A DNA stretch of 64,000 nt from Octopus sinensis (GCF_006345805.1 NC_043022.1:5270001-5334000), one strand, 5' to 3'. Shown: positions 1 to 13,806, counted from the first letter of the stretch. Numbers and translations: made by a program. The notes: generated by a model from the letters alone, not told the origin.

Positions 1-2655
1 CATTGAAGAGGTATGAACAAACCTAGATCAGACGAACATCGACATACTCTTCCTGGGCGATTTCAACCTCCCACATGTCAAATGGCCAAAAGGCCACATC
101 CTCTCTGGGATGTCACTGCACGAACAAAAGCATGTAGAGTCATCACTTGAACTTAGTAATATGCTGTTCATGGAGCAAATGATACTCGGGCCAACAAGGG
201 GGAACAAGATATTGGACCTCTGCTTCACAAATAATGTGGACCTCATCCATAATGTAAAGGTGACACCAACGGAACTCTCAGATCATCAAAACTGTTGAAC
301 TAACTATGTATGGTCCCGTGCAAACTGTTGGTATTTACCCTATCAGGAGGACTCAGGCCTTATCCAACCTGAATTTCCATAAGGCGAAATGGGAATCAAT
401 TCACAAAGAGATTCACAAACGAAACTGGTCCAACATTCCGTGTACGCGAGACATTGATCTGAAACTCAACCAGTTTATGTCAACAGTGCAAGCTATATGC
501 ACTAAATATGTCCCAGGAAGAAGGGCCAGCGCACTGTCAAACAAGACTCCCAGGGACAGAAAAATCCTCATGAGACGCAAGTCAAAGATCTCAAAGCAGC
601 TGAATAGGCAACTGAAGGATAAAGAGAAATCTGTCTTAACACGGGCGCTCCTAGTAATTGAAATCAAGATCAAACTCTCTCATGAAAAGGAAAGAGCAGA
701 GAGAGAGAGAGAGAGAGAAGGGCTGTGGGAAGCATAAAAACAAATCCCAAAGGTTTCTATAAATTCACAAAGGGAACAGCCACAATGCAATATAAAATAG
801 GACCATTGTTTCAAGGGAATGACTCACTGATGTTGGACCCAGGAAGGATAAGCGAGAGAGTCAGTAAACAATTTAAAAGTGTCTTCACTTCCCCCCTTGG
901 ACACATGCCGATTAAAAATCCAGCTGAATTCTTTGATATTGCAGCTCTAAAAAAGGAGGGACCGGCCATCGATTACGTCAACATTGAGGAAGTAGATGTA
1001 ACAGCGGCCATAGATGAAATGAGCTCATGTTCCGCAACTGGTCGTGATGGCTGTAAGCAGGCTTTAGCGAAACCACTTCAGATACTTTTCCAAAGTTTTC
1101 TTGCAAGTGGTATACTTCCTAAAAAGCTGAAAGAAGGTATTATATGCCCTATCCACAAAGGTGGGAGTTGAGCAGAGGCCAAAAACTACTGACCAATCTC
1201 TCTGACTTCACGTATCAGTAAAGTCATGGAGTGAATCATCAGAAAAATGTTGATAATGTTCCCAGAAGAAATTGACCAACTGAACAATACACAGCATAGC
1301 TTTTGTCCAGGATGAAGCTGCCTCCCACAGCTCCTACAGCGCTATGACTGGGTTTTGAAACTGCTGCTTGACCATTCAGATGTCAGTGTGATATACTTTG
1401 GCTTTGCAAAGGCATTTGATGAGGTAGATCATGGCATGGTAAGTCATAAGCTACGAGACCTTGGCATTGTTGGTAAACTGGGAGAGTGGCTGTGTGAATT
1501 CCTTAAAGACAGAAGTCAGGAAGTTGCAGCCAATGGTGCCCTTGCTGAGGAAACTCAAATCCTAAGTGGTGTCCCCAGGGAACTGTTCTGGGACCATTTA
1601 CTGTTCATAATAGCTCTCTTAGACATGCCCACGGTCACTCGGACAGCCACTGTCACTAGCTATGCTGATGATACAAGCAGTAAAAAACCTGTATCACAGG
1701 CAGTAAAAAGCCAAGATGACATCACAAGCTTACAGCGGGACTTGAATTCAATCTACAAGTGGGCCGAAATAAACAACATGCAGTTTAATGGTGGAAAATT
1801 TCAAGCAACACTGTGTTATCAGCTCACAAATATAGTACAATCTACATTTACAGGACCCGAAAGCAGAGTCACAGGCAGTAGAAGACTTAGGGATCCGTAT
1901 GTGCAATGTTGCATCATTTTGTATGCACATAAGCAAGATGGCAGCAAAGGGCAGACAGCTGGCAGGATGAATACTGAGGTCCTTCAAGACAAGAGACCAA
2001 GAGACTATGTTGACCCTGTGGAGAACCTTTGTTCTCAGCCGCCTGGACTACTGCTCCCAGTTATGGTCATCACATAGTGCTAAACTAACAGCGGAGCTTG
2101 GAGTAGTCCAAGCAGCCACTGCACTAAAAAGATTGAAGCAGTGCAGTGGATGAGCTACAGAAGGAGAGGCTGAGAAAACTAAAGCTTTACTCCCTGGAGT
2201 GAAGGCGGGAGAGATACGCAATAATATACATATGGAAAAATCCTAGAAGGGCTAGAATCAAACTTTGGCATTGAGTGTTACACAAATGCCAGAACTAGCC
2301 GCCATTGCATTGTACCAAAGGTACCATCGTTTCCGTCTAAATTCAGGACCAGATATTGCAATAGTCTAGGGTTCAAAGGCCCACAGCTCTTCAAAAATTA
2401 AGAAATTTCCTTAAGGTGGAAGTAGATGTCTTCAAAAAGGAACAAGACATCCTCCTCTCCCCAATACTGGATGAGCCAACAGCCCGACATGAGGTACAGA
2501 TGAGGGCAGCAGAATCAAACTCCCTTATACACCAAAAGGGCCAACAGCAGGGACAAAGGCACATACAGGAATGGTGGTGTGAAACACCCACACCGAGGAA
2601 GCCAGAAAGATCATGGTGGTGCTCCAGCATGACCACAGCCGCATGGCTGAAATGA
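1..2655 (+). mobile_element. Decayed CR1-group LINE (APE endonuclease end plus reverse transcriptase), 5' end outside window
   Basis: Fragmented ORFs with LDLCFTNN/SDH endonuclease end, GIICPIHKGG, FAKAFDEVDH and SYADD RT motifs; multiple stops and frameshifts; ends before a microsatellite. Confidence 0.88.
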
Positions 2656-2666
2656 GTAAAAAAGTA

Positions 2667-2807
2667 ATACACACACACACACACACACAACATATATATA
2701 TACACATATACATACACACACATATATATATACATATATATGCACACACATATACCTACATATATATATATACATACATACATACTACATACATACATAC
2801 ATATATT

Positions 2808-2839
<32 letters not shown>

Positions 2840-2934
2840 TATATTCATACATACATACATATATACATATATATATACACACTCATATATATATATAATA
2901 TATACACACACACATACATACATGTATATATACC

Positions 2935-2976
<42 letters not shown>

Positions 2977-3018
2977 TACACACATATATACATTACATAT
3001 ATATATATACACATATAT

Positions 3019-3073
<55 letters not shown>

Positions 3074-3091
3074 TACATATACACACCACAC

Positions 3092-3139
<48 letters not shown>

Positions 3140-3233
3140 TACACACACACACACACGCAAACATATATACATACTATAATCAAAGGTAGAACAGAAAGAA
3201 AACAACATGTGTGTGTGTGTATGTGTGTGTGTG
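2667..3233. repeat. Compound (CA)/(TA)/(CATA) microsatellite
   Basis: Direct inspection. Confidence 0.95.
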
Positions 3234-3689
3234 TAATGTTCTCATGGCAGAAAACTGTCTTCAAGAGAGAGAAACAAAAAAAAGAAGAACCCAACAGTAA
3301 GTTCTGTGAATGATAAAAGTAATTAAATAAATAGTGTATGGAGTTCCATATTGAGATTGCCGCTATTCTGTGTATTGCTATTCTCTAAAGCTAAATCCAC
3401 ATGACCATTCCAGCAGACAGACTAACGGTACAACTGCCATCATATTTATAAATATTTGCTGTATTTCTCTGGAATTCCAATACATTCTGGTCTTCAGTCT
3501 TTGATATGCACGGAATTTTGTCCAGCAGTTACTGAGATGTCTTACCTGTAATGAGGTGGATGATTACAGGTAAGTTAAGCATCAAAGATCATTCCAGTAT
3601 GTTTTGCCAACAGACAGGAAAGTTTGAAAACTTTTCTTGAGTTCACACACACACCACACATCACATTTGTAGATGTATGTTTGTTGAGA

Positions 3690-3693
3690 TAAG

Positions 3694-3725
<32 letters not shown>

Positions 3726-3735
3726 TGTATGTATG

Positions 3736-3803
<68 letters not shown>

Positions 3804-3928
3804 TACATGTGTGTGTGTGTCAGTATATATATATATAAAGTATTTATGTATATATATGTATATATAAATATATAAGTATTATGTATATATATAATTTAAA
3901 GTATTTACGTATATATAGTGTGTATGTG

Positions 3929-4017
<89 letters not shown>

Positions 4018-4052
4018 TATACATATATACATATATATACATATATATATAT
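3690..4052. repeat. Compound (TATG)/(TA) microsatellite
   Basis: Direct inspection. Confidence 0.95.
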
Positions 4053-5150
4053 AATGTTTTGTGTCCATTATGGAAAAAGACTTAATATTCATTATTGCCC
4101 AGCAGGTCCATTGGTGGTTTTGTCAGCTGTGATATTGTTGTCTTGATGGTGATGCTGTTGTTGTTGTTTTGGTAGTGGTTGTGGTAGTGGTGCCAGCAGT
4201 GGTAGTGGTGGTGATGGCGGTGGCAGTGTGTATGTATCTGTGTGTGTGTGTGTGAACGTTATGTGAGTGTGGGTGCCGTACTTCTGAACGGTTAAGACGT
4301 GCGCTTGACAATCGCAGGGTCCCTGTTTTGATCCTACTGCATGGAATTTCGAGAAAGTGTATTTGGCCATGAGAATAACCTCAGCTTGACTTCAAACCTG
4401 TGAATAGAGTTGTGTACCTGGAAACTGTACTGAAACCTTTTGGATGGACAGCATGAGTAATTCAAAAAATAAAGCCTTTATCATGTAGTGTGTCAATACT
4501 GATTCTACCAGAGAATTACTTTATATGTACAGATTGTCTATGGAGTACTCAGCCACCATTATGCAAATGAGCAGGTAATTCTCAACTGTATCCTCATGAT
4601 TGAAACTTGTATAGATATCTAAGATATCTGTCCATCCACTGTAGTGGTTCTCAATTATTTTTGCATTGTGTTCTTGAGCAAGACACTTCATTTCTCATTG
4701 CTTCATGGGCAGGAGAGTGCAAAAGAAACTTTAGTGCATTGGCAGAAGTGCTTTACAGTATATCTTCCTGTTCTCTACGTTCCGAGTTCAAATCCCACTT
4801 GCCAAGGGAAGGCAATGGGGAACCACTCCAGCATTCATCCCAAGTCTAGTTATGAGTGGCCACAGTTGCAGTAACCCACTGGACAAGGGCAGGGAAGATA
4901 CAGGTCGTATAGAGATTGTGCTGGAGAAGGACTTGCCCAAGGGCAGACCACAGCTAGACACACACACACACACAATTACAAAGGGCAACAGGAACCAATC
5001 CTGTGTTGATTCCAAATCTAGTCGTGGATGGCCATGGTTCCATTAATCTACTTCGCAGCAGGGCAGGGTACAGGCCCTCTAAGATTGTATAGAATTGAGT
5101 CTGTGCTGGAGAAGGTTCCCATGCACAGGACCTGGGTATATATATATATT

Positions 5151-5376
5151 TTTTACTGCCCAGATGGGGCTAAACACAGAGGGGACAAACAAGGACGGAC
5201 GAAGGGATTGAGTCGATTATATCGACCCCAGTGCGAAACTGGTACTTTATTTATCGACCCCGAAAGGATGAAAGGCAAAGTTGACCTCGGCGGAATTTGA
5301 ACTCAGAACGTAACGACAGACGAAATACCGCTAAGCATTTCGCCCGGCGCGCTAACGTGTCTGCCAGCTCACCGCC
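5151..5376 (-). mobile_element. tRNA-derived SINE, family S2 (GGCGGTGAGCTGGCAG head), about 230 bp
   Basis: Near-identical to copies at 13577, 39787, 49795 and 59509; B-box GAGTTCAAATTCC. Confidence 0.85.
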
Positions 5377-5673
5377 TCACCTGGGTATATATATATACAT
5401 ATATACCCACCACTAGTTACACACACATCAATGATGTTTGAAAATAGTGTTATATTTTGTTTGAAATTGGATATCATCCCTCCCTAAAAAAAAAAAAAGG
5501 AACCTTAATTTTTAGATCATTTTAGCGAGAGGTTGGGGCAAGCTAATCCATGTCTGCAGGAATTGGGTTAGAAATACCAGTTTCAAATTTTGGAACATGG
5601 CCAGTAATATCAAAGGAGGATGTAAGTCAGTTACACCAACCCCAGTATATAACTGGTACTTATTTTATCAATC

Positions 5674-5990
5674 TTGAAGGATGAAAGGGAAAGCTGAAAT
5701 GCAAATATATGGGAAACTACCTCCTGTGTCATCTCTTGTGAAAGGTAGGAGAGTCCAGTTTGCTGGACATTGTTGTAGGACTGAAAAAGAAGTAATTTCT
5801 ACTCTTCTCCTCTGGAAGCCATCTACTCGCAATACCAGAGGGCGCACACTCTCCTGCCCTGATGTAATCTCCAGGGATACAGGCATCCAGCAACGGGACT
5901 TCCGTAATGCCATGATGGACCGTGAAGTCTGGCGTAGCATGGTAAATTCCATTGTCTCGACCACGGTCGAACAATGATGATGATGATGAC
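5674..5990 (+). mobile_element. RTE-clade LINE 3' fragment
   Basis: ORF RVQFAGHCCR...WKP...RGR...D...MMDREVWR typical of the RTE ORF2 C-terminus; (GAT)n tail. Confidence 0.8.
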
Positions 5991-6460
5991 CATAGCAAAC
6001 TCATGTAAGAAACATCAAACATGGAAGGTGTTAGCATCATATGACAATGCCAAGAGAAGAAGGGAAGTCTTAATATTGTTTCCTTTCATTAGAGATCAGT
6101 GATTAGAAATATGTTTGTGTGTTTAGTGAAGCAGTTTGGTTAATGTTTCTGTGGACTGGAAACCCACGAAAATGGTGTGGACGACCAAGAAGCAGAGAGA
6201 AATACAAAGAACTCACCGTGTCTTTGAGCTTTCTGGCAGGGCATTCCATATTGCAGCATCAAGATAACTTTATAAAGAAAGATACAAAATTATATTCTAG
6301 TGGTTGATGTGAACAGATCATAAACATGTGAATTATGTATACACACACACACACACACACACAGGTAGGTAGGTAGGTAGGTAGGTAAGTAGGTGGGTGG
6401 GTGGGTGGATGGATGGATGGATGGATGGATTGGATTGGATTGGATTGGATTGGATTTATA

Positions 6461-6667
6461 TTACTCTTTTACTCATTTACTTGTTTCAGTCATTTGACTG
6501 CGGCCATGCTGGAGCACCGCCTTTAGTCGAGCAACTCGACTCCAGGACTTATTCATTGTAAGCCCAGTACTTATACTATCGGGCTCCTTTTTACCGAACT
6601 GCTAAGTGACGGGGACGTAAACACACCAGCATCGGTTGTCAAGCGATGTTGGGGGGGACAAACACAG

Positions 6668-6698
<31 letters not shown>

Positions 6699-6866
6699 CA
6701 TATATACGACAGGCTTCTTTCAGTTTCCGTCTACTGAATCCACTCACAAGGCTTTGGTCGGCCCAAGGCTATAGTAGAAGGCACTTGCCCAAGGTGCCAC
6801 GCAGTGGGACTGAACCCGGAACCATGTGGCTCGTAAGCAAGCAACTTACCACACAGCCACTCCGCC
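6461..6866 (-). mobile_element. tRNA-derived SINE, family S1 (GGCGCAGGAGTGGCTGTGTGG head), full length
   Basis: A-box TGGCTGTGTGG, B-box GGTTCAGTCCC, internal (TA/TG)n, (AGTAAAAG)n tail; more than 12 copies in window. Confidence 0.9.
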
Positions 6867-7449
6867 TTCATATTAATGAAAAATAAAGAATATAAAGATA
6901 TGTTTTCACAGGATAAATGTTTTTGTATCTTAATTCAACTGAAATTACATTGGAATATGTATTCTGGAGTTGAGTTTGGCATAAATAATTTATAGGCACA
7001 GGAATGGCTGTGTGGTAAGAAGCTTGTTTCTCAACCACATGTTTCTGGGTTCAGTCCCACTGCATGGCATCTTGGCCAAATGTCTTCTACTATAGCCTTG
7101 GGTTGACCAAAGCCTTCTCAGTAGATTTGGTAAGCCTAGTACTTATTCTATCGGTCTGATTTGCTGAACTGCTAAGTTACAGGGACATAAACACACCAAT
7201 ATCGGTTGTTAAGCGATAGTGGGGGGGACAAACACAGACACACAAATACGTATGTATGTATATATATATGATGGTCTTCTTTCAGTTTCCATCTACCAAA
7301 TCCACTTACAAGGCTTTGGTTGTCCTGAGACACTTACCCAAGATGCCATGTGGTTGGGAAGCAAGCTTCTTACCATACAGCCGATCCTGTGCCCGTCCCC
7401 CCGCCATCACTGCTTGATAACCAGTGTTGGTGTGTTTACGTCCCCATAA

Positions 7450-7700
7450 CTTATAGTTGAAATTTTTAGAAAAACATAAGACAAATACAAGTGTAGGAAT
7501 GACAAGCAAGTGTATTAGTTTGACACTCTGGAAAAATGAAAAGGTCTTTTATGTTTCAAGCCTATGCTCTTAAACAGGAAAGGATGAGAGCAAATAAACG
7601 GAGAGAGAATGAAAAAACATGTAGTTCAGTGGTCCAACATGGCGAATGTTCTTATAAATCAACCAAAAAGAAAAGACAAAGAAGAAATATATATATACAC
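7450..7700 (-). mobile_element. Family A short element with decayed hammerhead-like motif (7544-7583)
   Basis: Shares body with 17565-17740 and 18705-18870. Confidence 0.65.
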
Positions 7701-7834
7701 ACAAACATATATATATATATGCATACATTCATACATACATACATTTGTCTGTGTTAACTACACAGCCTCGTATCTTTATTGGAAACTGGCTCCCTCCTCA
7801 GTGGAAGATTTATAAAGATTAATAAATAGAAGAG

Positions 7835-7882
7835 ACATACATACACACACACACACATACATACATACATACATACATACAT

Positions 7883-7915
<33 letters not shown>

Positions 7916-8625
7916 TACATACATACATACATACACACACACCTACATACATACATACATATACATACATACACACATACATACATACACACACATACAT
8001 ACACACATACATACATACACACACACATACATACATACATACATACATACACACACATACACACATACATACATACATACATACATACACATACACACAC
8101 ATACATACATACATACATACATACATACACACATACATACATACATACATACATACATACACACACACATACACACATACACACACATACACACATACAT
8201 ACATACACACACATACATACATACACACACATACATACACACATACATACCTACATACAAACATACACACATACACACATACATACATACACACATACAT
8301 ACATACATACATACACACATACATACCTACATACAAACATACACACATACATACACACACACATACATACATACATACATACATACACATACACACACAC
8401 ATACATACATACACACACACACGTACATACATACATACACACACACACATACATACATACACACACACATACACACATACATACATACATACATACACAC
8501 ACACACATACACACATACATACATACATACATACACACACACACATACATACATACATACACATACATACATGCATACACATACATACATGCATACACAT
8601 ACACACACACATACATACATACATG
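7835..8625. repeat. About 790-bp (CATA)n/(CA)n compound microsatellite
   Basis: Direct inspection; source of the MYVC-type ORFs. Confidence 0.97.
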
Positions 8626-9777
8626 TGTTGGAGTGACTGAGCATATTTTACTTTCTTAACGATGAAAAGATGTCAAAATGAAAGAAGCGATGAGGTTTGG
8701 TGAAATGCTGGCGACAGGCTAAGGGAGATTGTTTGTTCACTTGGACTCTTGGGGAGAGAGAGAGAGAGAGATGTTTCTGAAGAACTGGATTAGAACTGAC
8801 CAACATCTGCTTAAATTTTATTAGCGATCATCCATATTTAGTATGTGGGGGTCACTATAGTAGCGGCAGGCAGCAGAATTTCGCCTGGTTGGTGGAGTTG
8901 ACAGATTACTAACAAGACATCATTTTAACAGAGTAAACATCTTTGTGATTCTATGGCAGCCATAATGGACCCAATTCTGCTAATTAGACATAAAAGGGGT
9001 AGTTATTCTCTATGAATGTATTCAGCTTTTCTGTAGAGCTTCAATTAGTCCCTTCGTTACCTCATAGATGCCATTCCTTAGGCTAAACTAATCAACTGAA
9101 TTTCGTCTTTAGATCCCAGCAGGAGCTGAAGCATTTCCTTGAATGCCAAAGTTCTTCAAGTTCTGGAGATCATTTTGGTTTAAAGAATGTAAAGAAAAAT
9201 AACAATCTGATATGTCTACGCAAGAAATTAAGTTAATACTATTCCAAGAGGACAGTCACCATTTTGATATACGTCAAAGAATTAGTCAACGTCTGTCTTT
9301 GGAATATTTTCTTTATTTGTTGGTTGACTGGATTCTTTAAAATAATTTACTTTTGAAAAACTAAAATTTACCATTTTTTTTTTTTCTTAAAAGAAAAAAA
9401 AGAGAGACTTTTTTGTATTCTTCAACTACGACTTCACCTAAACTTTACTGTTTCCTCTTAGAATGGTGTCTTTTAGTCTTCTGTCATTAAATGTATCCAT
9501 TGCAGCAGACACAGCCAGAACTTTTTTGTAGATTGTGTTTCCTTTCTTCTCTTCTCTTTTCTTTTTTTTTTTTTGTTGAGTTAAAGGAACAATGTCCATA
9601 ATTTGTGTGGATTCTAAAAAAATTATAATCAGTAGCAAAAGATAGTAATTAAAGTATAAGGAATTTGGGGGATTAGAATCCATGGGAGGGACTGGAATTC
9701 CATAAGGTACCTGTGTTCAGAATGATCACAGGTACTCTATGCAAAGTTTAACATTTGTATGAAATATTTTATGAAAG

Positions 9778-9820
<43 letters not shown>

Positions 9821-10259
9821 AACCTTTAGCAAAGCAGAGAGGTATAGAGGCCTGGTTGGAGTGGCAGACTATGTTGCCAGGAACCTCTGGAGAATGAAGT
9901 TGTTCTGTAAAGAGAGAGAGGGGGGTGTTACTGTTCAGTGATGAAATGATAATGAATGGTTTCTAAATACAATGGTATAATGCAGGAAATCAGTAAATAT
10001 GTTAACGTAGCAACCTTTGTAATTCTGGGTATATATAAGACACCAGGGAATATATTTATACGGTTACCCTATATTTCTAGGAAACCAGTGAATATATTTA
10101 TATGGCTACCCTATACTTCTGGGTATATATAGGACACCAGTGAACCGATAGTGCAATTGTATAGTGACACAAAACTGGCAGCTTGAAGGGAAAAAAGCGT
10201 CAGGGGCACCCTAAAATCACACTGTGAAGGACCATTAGCAAAGAAAGGAAACAAGAAGG

Positions 10260-10568
10260 GGAAGCACTCCGTTGGTTACGACGATGAGGGTTCCGGTTGA
10301 TCCGAATCAACGGAACAGCCTGCTTGTGAAATTAACGTGTAAGTGGATGAGCACCCTTAACGTAGTTCTCGGGGATATTCAGCGTGACACAGAGAGTGAC
10401 AAGGCCGGCCCCTTGAAATACAGGTACAACAGAAACAGGAAGTAAGAGTGAGAGAAAGTTGTGGTGAAAGAGTACAGCAGGGATCACCACCATCCCCTGC
10501 CGGAGCCTCGTGGAGCTTTTAGGTGTTTTCGCTCAATAAACACTCACAACGCCCGGTCTGGGAATCGA
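10260..10568 (-). mobile_element. SINE family S3, 5'-truncated
   Basis: Matches 15169-15550 and 29785-30164. Confidence 0.85.
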
Positions 10569-10744
10569 AAGAAACAAGAAGGGTGGGTAAGCTGGAATGG
10601 GACCTGAACAGTGGCAGAAAACAAAGCCAGTTGGAGAGATTGTGTTGCGACCTTCTGTGTCTCATGGTACAGAGAGAACTAACTAACCCTATATTTCTGA
10701 GCATATATAGAACACCATTGAATAGGTTTACACATCATCACCAT

Positions 10745-11270
10745 CATCATCATTTAATGTCCGCTTTCCATGCTGGCATGGGTTGGACGATTTGACTGAG
10801 GACTGGCGAACCAGATGGCTGCACCAGTCTCCAATCTGATCTGGCAGAGTTTCTACAGCTGGATGCCCTTCCTAATGCCAACCACTCCGAGGGTGCTTTT
10901 ACATGCCACCGGCACAAGAGTTAGTCAGGAGGTACTGGCAACAACCATGCTCAAATGGTGTTTTTTATGTGCCACCTGCACTGGAGCCAGTCCATCGACA
11001 CTAGCAACAATCTCACTCGAATGTTTTGTTCATGGGCCACCGGTACAAGTGCCAGTAAGGCAATGCTGGTAACGATCACACTCAAATGGTGCTTTTTATG
11101 TGCCACCTGCATAGGAGCCAATCCATCGACACTAGCAACAATCTCGCTCGAATGTTTTGTTCATGGGCCACCGGCACAAGTGCCAGTAAGGCGACACTGG
11201 TAACGATCACGCTCAAATGGTGCTTTTTAGGTGCCACAGGCACGGAAGCCAGACAGCTGCTCTGGCAGTG
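10745..11270 (-). mobile_element. RTE-type 3'UTR element with internal 131-bp tandem repeat
   Basis: (GAT)n tail and CCAACCCATGCCAGCATGG motif shared with 20284, 35183, 56270 and 57080; CTCAAATGGTG recurs at 131-bp spacing. Confidence 0.75.
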
Positions 11271-11804
11271 ATCTACCTCTATATTTCTGGCTATAAGACA
11301 CGAATAAATATATCTACACAGCTACCCTTGTATCCCATTCTAAACCATTTTAGATTGTTAAATCTCTTAATCTTGGTCACCATGACAAAAAGGCTCATAT
11401 ATTTATTCATGTTTTCATTGATGTTTGTCCGAAGCAAGCCTGCATAAAATGCTCAATGTCTCCATTACTGGTCAGTGAAATGAAGTCCTCATCAGGCCAA
11501 AGACCAAAGCCGAATGATGACTGAAATTGCTGTGGGTTGGAGTGGTGGTTGGGGCATGGGTTAGAGTAGTAGCTACAGTAGAGAGTTAGGGTATGGTTAG
11601 GGAGGTGGTTAGGAAAGTATAGGTGGGCTTGTGGGTGAAGCGTTTAAGTTTAGACTAGTCACAGGCAAACGGTTACCTGCAGGACACACCTAAAGGACAC
11701 GCTTAAATGAAGATCTAGAATGTTTGTAGCAGTGCAATGCTTCTGATCATGAGACATGGCTCATGCCATAAAAGGTTGCCCATGCTTGGTTTGTAAGTCA
11801 GAGA

Positions 11805-12147
11805 AGCTTGGTGGTGGTGGTGGTGGTTATGGTAGTGATGGTGGTGTTAGTGTTGGTGGTGGTGGTGGTGGTGATGGTGGTGGTGGTGCTGGTGGTGGTG
11901 ATGGTGTTGGTGGTGGTGATGGTGGTTGTGGTGGTGGTGATGGTGTTGGTGTTGGTGGTGGTGTTGGTGGTTGTGGTAGTGATGGTGGTGTTGGTGTTGG
12001 TGGTGGTGTTGGTGGTTGTAGTGGTAGTGATGGTGGTGCTGGTGGTTGTGGTGGTGGTGGTGGTGTTGGTTGTGGGATGTGAAAGCTACTGTGGTATGGT
12101 GATGATGATGGTGGTGTTGGTGGTGGTACTGGTGGTGATGGTGGTGG
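11805..12147. repeat. (GGT)n-based degenerate microsatellite
   Basis: Direct inspection. Confidence 0.95.
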
Positions 12148-12235
12148 TGTTGGGTCTGTCACCAGGCCTTTCATGATACCCTTAAAGTCATGAACTTTTC
12201 TGCACTCCTCATTTATAAATACATACATATATATA

Positions 12236-12775
12236 TGAGGGGGTGCTGAACATCAATTAATTATGATTTTAGTCCACAAATTCCCCTCTCAGATTCACAC
12301 ACATATTACAGTGGTCCTTCAGTTTTTCTAAGTCCTGTAAAAGAACTCAGAAGGTTGGGCCTCCAACCACAACTTTCTTGACACCCTTAAAGCAAGAAAC
12401 TTTTTAGCACCCCCTTGTTGGGCCTCCAACCACAACTTTCTTGACACCCTTAAAGCCAGAAACTTTTTAGCACCCCCTTGTTGGGCCTCCAACCACAACT
12501 TTCTTGACACCCTTAAAGCCAGAAACTTTTTAGCACCCCCTTGTTCTTGACACCCTTAAACCCAGAAACTTTTTAGCACCCACTTGTTGGGCCTCCAACC
12601 ACAACTTTCTTGACACCCTTAAAGCCAGAAACTTTTTAGCACCCACTTGTTGGGCCTCCAACCACAACTTTCTTGACACCCTTAAAGCCAGAAACTTTTT
12701 AGCACCCCCTTGTTGGGCCTCCAACCACAACTTTCTTGACACCCTTAAAGCCAGAAACTTTTTAGCACCCCCTTG
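12236..12775 (-). mobile_element. Mariner-derived MITE with tandemly amplified end (63-bp unit, about 6.7 copies, 12358-12775)
   Basis: TA-TGAGGGGGTGCTGAA left end vs TTTAGCACCCCCTTG-TA right end; minus-strand LEKLKDHCNMCVNLRGEFVD* resembles a mariner transposase C-terminus. Confidence 0.78.
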
Positions 12776-13287
12776 TATTTTTCTACAGTTGATTCCATTA
12801 TTTGCAAAGATGTAATTGTATACAAAACCTCACACCTTTCAGTGTTGTCTCTAGTTTCTGCAGAGAATCTGTAGAAGTAACTTGAAAAACTGATTGAATA
12901 TCTCTGCCAACACAGCTGAGACACAATGTTGACTTATAAGTCTCTAATATACTTGGAAGTAGATTATGGTTGCAGAATGAAATATGGTGTCCCTTCCAGC
13001 AATTCATTTACTGACAGTTTCTGACAGGAATCACAAGAATGGTTATGTTGTGATTCTGATTCTGAAATTAAGTGTGAATATTCTTTTTTACTCTAGGCAC
13101 AAGGCCTGAAATTTTTTTTTGGGGGGGGGGGCGGTCAGTCGATTAGATCGACCCCAGTACGCAACTGGTACATAGTTTACTGAACTTGAAAGGATGAAAG
13201 GCAAAGTCAACCTCGGCAGAATTTGAATTCAGAACGGAAAGACGGACAAAATACTGCTAAGCATTTTGCCCAGCATGCTTACATTTC

Positions 13288-13518
13288 TTATTTCTTTATT
13301 GCCCACAAGGGGCTAAACGTAGAGGGGACAAACAAGGACAGACAAACGGATTACATCGATTACATTGACTTAATCCGTAACTGGTACTTAATTTATCAAC
13401 CCCAAAAGGATGAAAGGTAAAGTCGACCTCAGTGGAATTTGAACTCAGAATGTAACCGCAGACGAAATACTGCTAAGCATTTCGCCCGGCGTGCTAACGT
13501 TTCAGCCAGATTGCCACC
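13288..13518 (-). mobile_element. SINE family S2
   Basis: Matches other S2 copies. Confidence 0.85.
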
Positions 13519-13576
13519 TTAATTAAATGTGAATATTGTGTGTGTGTGTATGCAAACGTACACAGATATATAAACA

Positions 13577-13806
13577 GGCGGTGACCTGGCAGAAACGTTA
13601 GCACGCCGGGCGAAATGCGTAGCCGTATTTCGTCCGCCGTTACGTTCTGAGTTCAAATTCCGCCGAGGTCGACTTTGCCTTTCATCCTTTCGGGGTCAAT
13701 AAATAAAGTACCAGTTACGCACTGGGGTCGATGTAATCGACTTAATCCCTTTGTCTGTCCTTGTTTGTCCCCTCTGTGTTTAGCCCCTTGTGGGCAGTAA
13801 AGAAAG
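13577..13806 (+). mobile_element. SINE family S2, full length
   Basis: GGCGGTGACCTGGCAG head, B-box GAGTTCAAATTCC. Confidence 0.88.

Noticed and set aside
11488-11495. Other CTGATGA occurrences (e.g. minus strand near 11490, plus strand 1665 and 21576)
   Set aside because: No stem II followed by GAAA, so not hammerheads
11330-11510. Possible downstream VWA3B exon after acceptor-like atttcag
   Set aside because: All three frames contain stops and similarity to the VWA3B C-terminal domain is unconvincing
12328-12742. 21-aa repeat ORFs (VSRKLWLEAQQGGAKKFLALR)
   Set aside because: Artefact of a 63-bp unit being a multiple of 3; the unit is a transposon terminus
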